Shown here piece by piece: positions 11,242-19,209 of a DNA stretch of 64,000 bases. The notes below the pieces were generated by a model that was not told where the DNA came from, made no database searches, and saw nothing but the letters and a program-made list of their open reading frames with translations. Both the position numbers and the translations under genes were made by a program. Positions within the stretch are counted from its first letter, which is position 1. Each line of letters begins with the position of its first letter. The stretch lies in NCBI GenBank assembly GCA_934133165.1, contig CAKPAW010000002.1:4417-68416 (forward strand). Direction: 5' to 3'. This DNA is from an uncultured Clostridia bacterium. GTDB lineage: Bacteria > Bacillota > Clostridia > TANB77 > CAG-508.

Positions 11242-11544
11242 ATGGAAATAACAAGTGAAAATTTTGAAAAAGAGGTACTAAATTCAGATGTACCAGTGTT
11301 AGTAGATTTTTGGGCAAGTTGGTGTAATCCTTGTAAAATGATGGGACCAGTCGTAGAAGAAGTTGCAAAAGAATTAGAAGGGAAGATAAAAGTATTTAAG
11401 TTGAATGTAGACAATGAAAGAGATTTAGCAATAAAATATAATATTATGAGTATACCTGCATTTTTACTTTTTAAAAATGGAAAAGTAGAAAAACAAACAA
11501 TAGGAATGCAAAGCAAAGAAGAATTAATTAATTTTTTAGGATAG
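11242..11544 (+). CDS. trxA: thioredoxin (active site WCNPC)
   Basis: 100 aa, 'VDFWASWCNPCKMMGP' thioredoxin fold signature. Confidence 0.8.
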   Translation: MEITSENFEKEVLNSDVPVLVDFWASWCNPCKMMGPVVEEVAKELEGKIKVFKLNVDNERDLAIKYNIMSIPAFLLFKNGKVEKQTIGMQSKEELINFLG

Positions 11545-11652
11545 AAAAAAATAATATCAACCGAGAATATGACAACTTTTTAGAAAAAAGTTGTTGCATT
11601 GGCAATGGAATTTTGCCAAAAAAATAAAAAAATAAAAAATTTCAAAAAAGTG

Positions 11653-11681
11653 TTGACAAAAGATAAAAAAGTATGTATAAT
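11653..11681 (+). promoter_or_regulatory. sigma-A type promoter for tRNA-Gly (TTGACA-17-TATAAT)
   Basis: perfect -35 'ttgaca' and -10 'tataat' with 17-bp spacer, ~40 bp upstream of the tRNA. Confidence 0.6.
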
Positions 11682-11720
11682 AAAAATCGTTCGAGAGAGA
11701 ACAAAAATTATTATACATAT

Positions 11721-11794
<74 letters not shown>

Positions 11795-11855
11795 TTATTG
11801 CGAACCCATGTTGATATAAATTAATTTCAATATGGTGTTCTTTTTTAGTTAAAAA

Positions 11856-11890
11856 TACAGCCAGTAGTCACTTGACTACTGGCTGTATCT
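11856..11890 (-). terminator. hairpin terminator downstream of the radical SAM gene (minus strand)
   Basis: 'acagccagtagtca'/'tgactactggctgt' perfect 14-bp stem; T-run on minus strand. Confidence 0.5.
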
Positions 11891-11992
11891 GTGAGATTAA
11901 TTACCGCATATTGATCCTCCACCTTCACAAGCATTCATTCTCTGGTGTCTTACAAAAAATCTCAGCAACCTTTTTCTTATCATAATATAATC

Positions 11993-12850
11993 TCACCACC
12001 TTTCTGTCATAGATCCATCTTCCCAGATAACTCCAAACTTATTTTCAGGAAAAGTTTTAAATATTTTTATAAATGACTTTAAAACATCTTCCCAACTAAC
12101 AGAAATTGTTTCTTCAACAAGAAAGCATGACCTTTTTAAGATAATTGGTGTAGAAAATGTTTCTTCAGGAATATTAATTAATGTTTGACATCCATTAGCA
12201 TATGGACTAGGCATATGAATTCCCATAGCATCTTCAAATGAAACGAAGTACTTTGGAGAGTTTTGTAATTCTCGAAGGAGAATTGAACCAAAGCCCATCT
12301 CATCATAATGATGAATACATGTTAATATATCTTTTCTTGTTGATAAATAAGGTTTAACTAAATTTAAATTAATCCTAATTTTTTCCTTAAAAGGTAATGA
12401 ATTATAAAATTCTTGTCTGTCATATTGTGAATTATTGTGTCTGATACAATCAGCAATTTCTTCATTATAGTGGTGTGCTGATATATTTAAACCATCTACT
12501 AATTCTAGTAAATCAAAGAATGTTGATTTTTGTGCAAAGCACTTGTATGGAACAGAAGTTGTAACATATATCTTTAAATTTGTCAGTCTTTTTACTTGCT
12601 GTACACAATATAAGAGGTCTTCTAAATAAAGACACGGTTCTCCACCTAGAAAAAGAACATCTTCAAATCCATTTTGATGTTCGATAATTGTATTTATTAT
12701 TTTCCGAACATTTGGTGGATTTTTTCCTTTGCATCGATTAGCAAAATCAATACAAAAAGGACAAGCATAGTTACATTCTCCTGTAAAATGAATGTTCATG
12801 CTCTTGTGAATACCATCGCAGTGGTTACATTTTAATCTCATATTTTCCAT
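11993..12850 (-). CDS. radical SAM protein (CxxxCxxC cluster motif, viperin-like motif context)
   Basis: 'NIHFTGECNYACPFC' CX3CX2C motif, 'GGEP' glycine-rich SAM motif, extra N-terminal CxxC; 285 aa ending in Trp. Confidence 0.7.
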   Translation of the reverse strand: MENMRLKCNHCDGIHKSMNIHFTGECNYACPFCIDFANRCKGKNPPNVRKIINTIIEHQNGFEDVLFLGGEPCLYLEDLLYCVQQVKRLTNLKIYVTTSVPYKCFAQKSTFFDLLELVDGLNISAHHYNEEIADCIRHNNSQYDRQEFYNSLPFKEKIRINLNLVKPYLSTRKDILTCIHHYDEMGFGSILLRELQNSPKYFVSFEDAMGIHMPSPYANGCQTLINIPEETFSTPIILKRSCFLVEETISVSWEDVLKSFIKIFKTFPENKFGVIWEDGSMTERW

Positions 12851-13202
12851 CCTTTCAATGTGTAATATTATTGGTATACCAATTTGCTTTTGGAATTATA
12901 AATTAAAATAATATATAAATTATAACATGGTTACATAATATTGTCAACTATTATCATTTCTTTAATTTAATTGACTTTTAATTTATTATTTTTTATTGAT
13001 AAAATATAAATCTTATGTTAAAGTATAAACAATAAATCGAGTTATATAAGATAGATTGAAACAAAGTATGCATTTTTTCGCATACCTGTTTCGTAATCGC
13101 TACATAAAAAGCCGAATAGTTCGACTTTTTTATTTATGGAAATCATTGAAAAAACAAAGCAATATTGATATACTATTAACAAATATTTTAAGAGGTGAAA
13201 AC

Positions 13203-14003
13203 ATGGATATAGAAAAAATAAAAGAATTTTTAATGCAAGAACATATATTAGTTGTGATATTAACAATAGTTATAGCAGTAATAATATTAAAAATAAAAGA
13301 CAAAATCTTTAATAAAGCAATAAAAAAGATAGAAGCAAATAAGAAAATGCATACTAAAAAAGAAATAACATACATAAAACTAACAAAAAATATAATCAAC
13401 TATTTAATAATAATAGTTGCAATTTTATTTATATTACAACTATTTGGAGTTAATGTGAGTTCAATTATAGCAGGATTAGGAGTAGCCTCTGTAATAGCAG
13501 GTTTAGCACTTCAAGATGCATTAAAAGACATAATAATGGGATTTAATATAATAGTAGACAACTATTATTCAGTGGGAGATGTTATAAAAATAGGAGACTT
13601 TGAAGGAAAGGTAATTGAATTAGGAGTAAAAACAACAAAATTACAAGATGTTAATAATGAAAATGTATTAATTATTGCAAACAGAAACATTGGTCAGGCA
13701 CTAAAATCATCAGATGAATTGATAATAGATGTACCAGCTCCATATGAAGAGAAAACAGAGAAAATTGAAAAGATTATTGATGTAATTGTTAATAAAATAA
13801 AAGAAAATGAGAATGTAAAAAAAGTTAAATATGTAGGAATAAATCAATTTGCAGATTCAGCAGTAAATTACAGAATAATTATATGGTGTTCTCCAGAAGT
13901 AAGATTACCAGTAAAAAGATATGCCTTAAGAATGGTAAAAGTAACATTAGATGAAAATAATATTACAATACCATACACTCAAATAGATATACATCAAAAA
14001 TAA
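13203..14003 (+). CDS. small-conductance mechanosensitive channel (MscS family)
   Basis: TM helices followed by MscS beta-domain-like 'GDVIKIGDFEGKVIELGVKTTKLQD...VLIIANRNIG'; RBS 'agaggtg'; longer ORF-track start at 13056 lacks RBS. Confidence 0.7.
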   Translation: MDIEKIKEFLMQEHILVVILTIVIAVIILKIKDKIFNKAIKKIEANKKMHTKKEITYIKLTKNIINYLIIIVAILFILQLFGVNVSSIIAGLGVASVIAGLALQDALKDIIMGFNIIVDNYYSVGDVIKIGDFEGKVIELGVKTTKLQDVNNENVLIIANRNIGQALKSSDELIIDVPAPYEEKTEKIEKIIDVIVNKIKENENVKKVKYVGINQFADSAVNYRIIIWCSPEVRLPVKRYALRMVKVTLDENNITIPYTQIDIHQK

Positions 14004-14067
14004 ATATACTATACTACTTCTGTTCAAGAAGTATAAAGGATTAGAAAAATAAAGTAGGAGAATAAGT

Positions 14068-14604
14068 ATGAAAATATATATAGTAAGACACGGGCAAACG
14101 AATTGCAATAAAGAAAATAAATATAATTGTAGATATGATGAAAATATAAATGAAATTGGAATAAAACAAGCTGAAAATATAAGAGGAAAAATTAAGGAAT
14201 TGAATATAGATTTAATTATATGTTCACCAATGAAAAGAACAAAGCATACATGTAAAATAATAAATGCAAACAATATTCCAGTAATTTATGATGATATACT
14301 TATCGAAAGAGATGGGGGAATATTGACTAATACAATTATTGATGATTATTATTTTAAAGAGTATTATAACTATTATTCAAAAAACATTGTTGAAGGTTTA
14401 GAAACATTGCCAGATTTATTTAAAAGGACTCATTCGTTTTTAAATGAGATAAAAGAAAAATATTATAATAAAAATATTTTACTGGTTACTCATGGAGCAG
14501 TAGCAAGGGCTATGCAATTTTATTTTGAAAAAATGCCAGAAGATGGAATGTTACTAAATGTGAGTGGTCAAAAAAATTGTGAAATAAAGGAGTATGAATT
14601 GTGA
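14068..14604 (+). CDS. histidine phosphatase family protein (phosphoglycerate mutase-like)
   Basis: 'IYIVRHGQTNCN' RHG catalytic motif; 178 aa. Confidence 0.7.
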   Translation: MKIYIVRHGQTNCNKENKYNCRYDENINEIGIKQAENIRGKIKELNIDLIICSPMKRTKHTCKIINANNIPVIYDDILIERDGGILTNTIIDDYYFKEYYNYYSKNIVEGLETLPDLFKRTHSFLNEIKEKYYNKNILLVTHGAVARAMQFYFEKMPEDGMLLNVSGQKNCEIKEYEL

Positions 14605-14875
14605 AATTAACAAGTGAAGAAGCAAAAAAATATTAGAAGAGGAAAGAAAAAAGACAAAAGATGATAGATGGATAGATCACTCAATATCTGTTGGAAATAG
14701 CGCTGGAAGAATTGCTAAAGCATTAGAAGAAAAAGGACATAAAGTAGATGTTGATAAAACAATAACTTTAGGTTATGTGCACGATATAGGAAAATATAAT
14801 GGAGAATCACAAGGGCATGTTATAAGAGGATATAATTTGTATGATTTATTTCCAGAAATAAAAGAAAATTTATAA
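14601..14875 (+). pseudogene. HD-domain protein, frameshifted in an A7 homopolymer (14623-14629)
   Basis: GTG start overlaps the upstream stop; frame 0 gives 'VKLTSEEAKKY*', -1 frame continues 'ILEEERKKTKDDRWIDHSISVGNSAGRIAKAL...GYVHDIGK' (H...HD motifs); one extra A restores a single ORF. Confidence 0.45.
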
Positions 14876-15010
14876 ATAAAATATTAAAAAAGAAAATTAC
14901 CAAAATATCACTGATTATTTGGTAATTTTTCTTTTAATTAAATACCAATTATACTATACTTTAAATAGAAATGATAAATATATCATTATAAGAAAAAGGA
15001 AGGTGATGTT

Positions 15011-15733
15011 ATGGCATTAATAAAATGTCCAGAATGTAACAATCAAATAAGTGACCAAGCAGATAGTTGCCCTAAATGTGGTTATGAATTAAAAAAGAAA
15101 GCAAAAGAGCCAGAGAACAAAGAAGAAAGTAAATCATTTATAAAAAAGGGTAATTTAAAATATTTAATAATAGTATTAGTAATAGCAGTAGGAGCATTTT
15201 TATTTTTCCAACAACCTAATAATAATACAGGAACGGGTACTGGTACTGGAACAGAACAACCAACTACTCCATCAACAAATACTGGATATTCAGTATATAC
15301 TGATGCTTATCTTGGAATATCTTTTGAAATACCAAGTAACTATAAAGTAACTACAGATAAAGAAGGATACATATATGTAGGTCAAAACATAGATAGCAAA
15401 GGAGCATTAATTCCATATATAATTATTGGTAGATATGATAATTTCAATAATGGAGTACAATTTTTAAACAATTTTACAGACTACATGAGAAAGCAATATA
15501 GTGACCTTAAAATTATAATTGATTTAATTTCTGGAGTTATTGGAAATAGAACAGTATATGGACTTGCGTATAGTTATAATGTAGATAATCATTTAATAAT
15601 AGATAACAGATATGCAGTTGTTATAAATAATAAAGTATATATGGTAGGATCTAAAGAAGAAAATACAAATACAACTGAAATTAATAATGTAGTAGAACAT
15701 ATTTTATCTACTTTAACAGAAAGGGGTGCATAA
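15011..15733 (+). CDS. zinc-ribbon domain membrane protein (N-terminal CPxC...CPKC ribbon, one TM helix, extracytoplasmic domain)
   Basis: 'CPECNNQISDQADSCPKCG', hydrophobic helix 'LIIVLVIAVGAFLFF', then a TGTGTGTGT linker. Confidence 0.55.
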   Translation: MALIKCPECNNQISDQADSCPKCGYELKKKAKEPENKEESKSFIKKGNLKYLIIVLVIAVGAFLFFQQPNNNTGTGTGTGTEQPTTPSTNTGYSVYTDAYLGISFEIPSNYKVTTDKEGYIYVGQNIDSKGALIPYIIIGRYDNFNNGVQFLNNFTDYMRKQYSDLKIIIDLISGVIGNRTVYGLAYSYNVDNHLIIDNRYAVVINNKVYMVGSKEENTNTTEINNVVEHILSTLTERGA

Positions 15734-15734
15734 T

Positions 15735-16925
15735 ATGGCATTAATTAAATGTAGTGAATGTGGAGAAAGTATATCATCAAGTGCTAAAATATGCCCACAT
15801 TGTGGTGTAAAAATTAATTTACAAACATGCCCTGAATGTGGTGCGAAATTAAAAGGTGATGAAACTAATTGCCCTGAATGTGGTTATCCAATTAATAAAA
15901 AGAATGCTACAAATATAATAACTGAAAATTTAGACAAAATAACAGGTGCTAAATCAGAAAGCTATGTAAAATTTAAAGATTTATTTAAAAATACTTTCAA
16001 AAAACATACAGAAGAGGAACTAGATGAAGTATTTGTTTGTGGTTCAGACAAAACAACTCCAAAAGTAGAAGATATAAATCCAAAACAAGCAAGTGCATGG
16101 GTATACTTTAAAATATTATTATTTTTCTTAATTGCATATATTCCAACACGTATAGGATTTATAACTTATGGAAATTCAAACTTTTTACCAATTATGATTA
16201 TGTTAGCAGCATTTGCAGTACCAGTAACAATACTTATATTTTTCTTTGAAATTAACTTGTTTAGAAATATACCATTTTATAAAGTAATAAAATATTTCAT
16301 ATTGGGTGGTTCATTATCATTAATTTTAGCAATTTTATATTTCTCATTACAATACTTTGAGACAAATGCTACAACTCAGACTTTCACGGGAGCTTTGATG
16401 ATTGGGTTAATTGAAGAAGCTGCTAAAGCAGTCATAGTTGCAATTTTCTTATTTAAAAGTAAAAAAAGCCAATATATACTAAATGGTTTATTAGTAGGTG
16501 CAGCAGTTGGAGCAGGATTTGCAGCTTTTGAAACAGCAGGATACATTTTAAGATATGGAATGAGTGGTGGTGTACAAACAATGCTAGAAATTATTAAACT
16601 ACGTGGATTTTTAGCACCAGGTGGACACGTTGCTTGGGCAGCAATTGAAGGAGCAGCATTAATGTATGTTAAGGGTTTTGATAAATTAGATAAAAAACAT
16701 ATAAATGATAAAAGATTTTTATTAATTTGTTTAATACCAGTAGTACTACATGGAATTTGGGATATGCCTATTGAACTTCCATATTATTTAGTACAAATTG
16801 CAATGACTATTATTGCTTGGATTGTAATAATATATTTCATAAATCTAGGATTAAAACAAATTGATGAAGCTAAAAAGTTAGAATTGGCTAAAAAAGTAGA
16901 GGAAGATAAAAATGTTATTTTGTAA
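15735..16925 (+). CDS. PrsW-family intramembrane metalloprotease with two N-terminal zinc ribbons
   Basis: 'CSECG...CPHCG' and 'CPECG...CPECG' ribbons; PrsW motifs 'EEAAK', 'FAAFE', 'GGHVAWAAIEG'; RBS 'aaagggg' placed for the ATG at 15735. Confidence 0.6.
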   Translation: MALIKCSECGESISSSAKICPHCGVKINLQTCPECGAKLKGDETNCPECGYPINKKNATNIITENLDKITGAKSESYVKFKDLFKNTFKKHTEEELDEVFVCGSDKTTPKVEDINPKQASAWVYFKILLFFLIAYIPTRIGFITYGNSNFLPIMIMLAAFAVPVTILIFFFEINLFRNIPFYKVIKYFILGGSLSLILAILYFSLQYFETNATTQTFTGALMIGLIEEAAKAVIVAIFLFKSKKSQYILNGLLVGAAVGAGFAAFETAGYILRYGMSGGVQTMLEIIKLRGFLAPGGHVAWAAIEGAALMYVKGFDKLDKKHINDKRFLLICLIPVVLHGIWDMPIELPYYLVQIAMTIIAWIVIIYFINLGLKQIDEAKKLELAKKVEEDKNVIL

Positions 16926-17008
16926 GATATAAAGGAGTATATAAAAAAAGAGGAGATTTAAAAATCTCCTCTTAGTGATATAATACTAATTAGTTACTAT
17001 GATTGCTG

Positions 17009-17149
17009 TTAATTATCGTCATCGATGCTAAAATTAGAATCACAACCGGGTTCGGTACATTCGATTCCACCGCCATCACCGCTTTCAACAGCAAGTCCGC
17101 CACAATCAGGGCAATCAACCAGTTCAAAATCCTCAGGTCCATTCATCAT
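17009..17149 (-). CDS. small Cys-rich zinc-ribbon-like protein (46 aa, MMNGPEDFELVDCPDCGGLAVESGDGGGIECTEPGCDSNFSIDDDN)
   Basis: not in the ORF track; strong RBS 'aaggagga' 8 nt upstream of the ATG on the minus strand; CxxC...CxxxxC spacing. Confidence 0.5.
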   Translation of the reverse strand: MMNGPEDFELVDCPDCGGLAVESGDGGGIECTEPGCDSNFSIDDDN

Positions 17150-17213
17150 AATGCTTTTCCTCCTTGTTTTAAAAAATTATATCACATCGGTTAATTTAGA
17201 GTATTTAACTCAT

Positions 17214-17276
17214 ACAAAAATTATACTACAATTTCTAAATTATGTCAATATCGAAAAATTGTAGTATAATTTTTGT
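17214..17276. repeat. 21-bp perfect inverted repeat with 21-nt loop (acaaaaattatactacaattt ... aaattgtagtataatttttgt)
   Basis: seen directly; sits between the small Cys-rich gene and the 17509 module. Confidence 0.7.
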
Positions 17277-17508
17277 GAGTGATTTTCTACAACGAAAAAT
17301 TAATCAGCAATAATTCATTTTATATCTTCTTATAAAAAATCGAACGAATTTGTTAATGGAGCGGTTAATCTACAGCTTACGAACTTTAACGCTCTCTTTC
17401 TAAAAATATTATATAGTAATTCCTATATTTTTTCAAGGAAGTATGGGAATTTTTTGTATTTTATAGTATAATAAAATCATCTAAAATCTTTTATGAAAGG
17501 AAAATATT

Positions 17509-17673
17509 ATGGAGTGGTTATTAAATAATTTAGAATGGATTGTAGGTAGTGTTATCACTATACTAGGATTAATATTTGGTGTTTCTTTTGTTATCAAGAA
17601 GAACGTTCAGAAATCCGGTAGGAATTCTACAAATATTCAGATTGGAGAAATTAATTATGACAAAAGAAAGTAA
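17509..17673 (+). CDS. small membrane peptide (54 aa; MEWLLNNLEWIVGSVITILGLIFGVSFVIKKNVQKSGRNSTNIQIGEINYDKRK)
   Basis: RBS 'aaagga' 8 nt upstream; one TM helix; C-terminal motif 'KSGRNSTNIQIGEIN' repeated in the N-terminus of the next gene. Confidence 0.45.
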   Translation: MEWLLNNLEWIVGSVITILGLIFGVSFVIKKNVQKSGRNSTNIQIGEINYDKRK

Positions 17674-18697
17674 AATGAAACAAAAATCTGGAAAAGATTC
17701 TACTAATATTCAAATTCAAGAGTTTAATGCTGGATTATCTTATAAAGATGTAAAAGAATTATGTCTTGATTTAATAACCGACAAATTAGATTCTTATAAA
17801 GAAGAAGCTAGTATTGAGGCTAAAAAAAGAGAAGAAAAATTAAGAACTGATTTTATAGTTGAACTTGAAAAAAACAAAATAGATTTAAATGAGTTTAAAA
17901 ATCCATCAATGCAGTTGTGCTATATAGATGCGCAAAAAGGATATATATCTTATGGTGACGATACATCAGAAAAGATACTTCTTGAATTGTTAAAGGATAG
18001 AATATCAGAATCAGATAAAAGCATTTTGCAAATAAGCTTAAATGAAGCTGTTAAAGTAGCACCTTTGTTAATGAAAAAACATTTAAATACATTGTCATTA
18101 TTATTCTTTATAAAAGAAATGAGCATTATGGGAATTAGAACAAGAGCTGAACTAATTGATTTCATTAAAGACGTTGTATTAAAATTTACAAAAGACTCTT
18201 CACTAACGAAAGTTGACTATGAACATTTAGAATATAATAAATGCATCACAAAAATAGAAATATTTAAAAGTGATATTTTTGAAATAATGAGAAGTAAATA
18301 CAAGTATTATTTTTTAAAAGAAATTTCATATGATGATTTTCAACAAAAATATTCTCAATTAACAAAATACATTGGTTCATTAGCGTTTTTTAATGTTGAT
18401 TCTGATAATATGTTAAGATTTAAGGAAGTTGATTCTTTTTTGTCTTATAACGAATTGGATATAATATCATCAGATGATAGAGAAATGTTTAATAAAATGT
18501 TAAAGGATTTAACTATGTCAGATGAAGAGTTTGAGAGAACTATTTTAGATAATAATGACTTGCTATGTCCATTGTTTTATACCTGGAAAGAGGATTTAAT
18601 GTCAAGTTGTAGTTTAACTACTATAGGTAAAGTACTAGCTATGATTAATATAAAAATCGAATTAAAAATTCCAGTTGATATGAGTATTTGGATATAG
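17657..18697 (+). CDS. hypothetical cytoplasmic protein (346 aa) sharing the N-terminal motif with the upstream peptide
   Basis: RBS 'ggagaa'; 'MTKESKMKQKSGKDSTNIQIQEFN...'; no family recognised; overlaps the small ORF by 17 nt in another frame. Confidence 0.5.
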   Translation: MTKESKMKQKSGKDSTNIQIQEFNAGLSYKDVKELCLDLITDKLDSYKEEASIEAKKREEKLRTDFIVELEKNKIDLNEFKNPSMQLCYIDAQKGYISYGDDTSEKILLELLKDRISESDKSILQISLNEAVKVAPLLMKKHLNTLSLLFFIKEMSIMGIRTRAELIDFIKDVVLKFTKDSSLTKVDYEHLEYNKCITKIEIFKSDIFEIMRSKYKYYFLKEISYDDFQQKYSQLTKYIGSLAFFNVDSDNMLRFKEVDSFLSYNELDIISSDDREMFNKMLKDLTMSDEEFERTILDNNDLLCPLFYTWKEDLMSSCSLTTIGKVLAMINIKIELKIPVDMSIWI

Positions 18698-18723
18698 ATA
18701 ATATAAAGATGGGAGTAATAAGT

Positions 18724-19194
18724 ATGATTGAAAAATTAAAAGAAAAATATGTGTTTTTTGATGTCGATGGAACATTGTCTGAATATAGATATAAAGATAG
18801 ATTATATGGTGGTGGATGTTCTGAACTTGGATGTCAATCGCTTGAAGATTTATTGTTTAATGATTTATTTTATAAGGCTAGACCACTTAAAACAATGCAA
18901 AGAATTATAGAAAATTTGGATAGTAATAAAATATTTATTTTAGGTGCAGTTACAACTAATACTGAAATAGATCAAAAATATAAATGGTTATCTGAACATT
19001 ATCCAAATATAAAAAGAGAAAATGTATTTTTTATATGTTCTACATTATTAAAACCAGAAGTTATAATTGAATATTGTAAACACTATAACATTGATATAAA
19101 ACAAACAGCATTTGTAGATGATAGAATTGATGTTTTAAGAAAAGCGGAAACTTTAGGGATAGATTCTTATCACCCTAGTTCTCTTACAGAATAA
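18724..19194 (+). CDS. HAD-superfamily 5'(3')-deoxyribonucleotidase-like protein (NT5C-like)
   Basis: 'VFFDVDGTL' HAD motif I (DxDGT), C-terminal 'FVDDRIDVL' motif; ~156 aa. Confidence 0.5.
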   Translation: MIEKLKEKYVFFDVDGTLSEYRYKDRLYGGGCSELGCQSLEDLLFNDLFYKARPLKTMQRIIENLDSNKIFILGAVTTNTEIDQKYKWLSEHYPNIKRENVFFICSTLLKPEVIIEYCKHYNIDIKQTAFVDDRIDVLRKAETLGIDSYHPSSLTE

Positions 19195-19209
19195 TAAAGG
19201 ATTAAAAAA

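Noticed and set aside
15225-15260. Possible slippage-prone (ACTGGT)n repeat encoding TGTGTGTGT in the zinc-ribbon protein
   Set aside because: The units are imperfect (aca gga acg ggt act ggt act gga aca). It is too short and too degenerate for a convincing phase-variation tract.
17003-17264. Two overlapping + strand ORFs (63 and 79 aa) in the track
   Set aside because: They are antisense to the RBS-supported 46-aa Cys-rich gene on the minus strand. The Ser/Pro-rich translation is an artefact.
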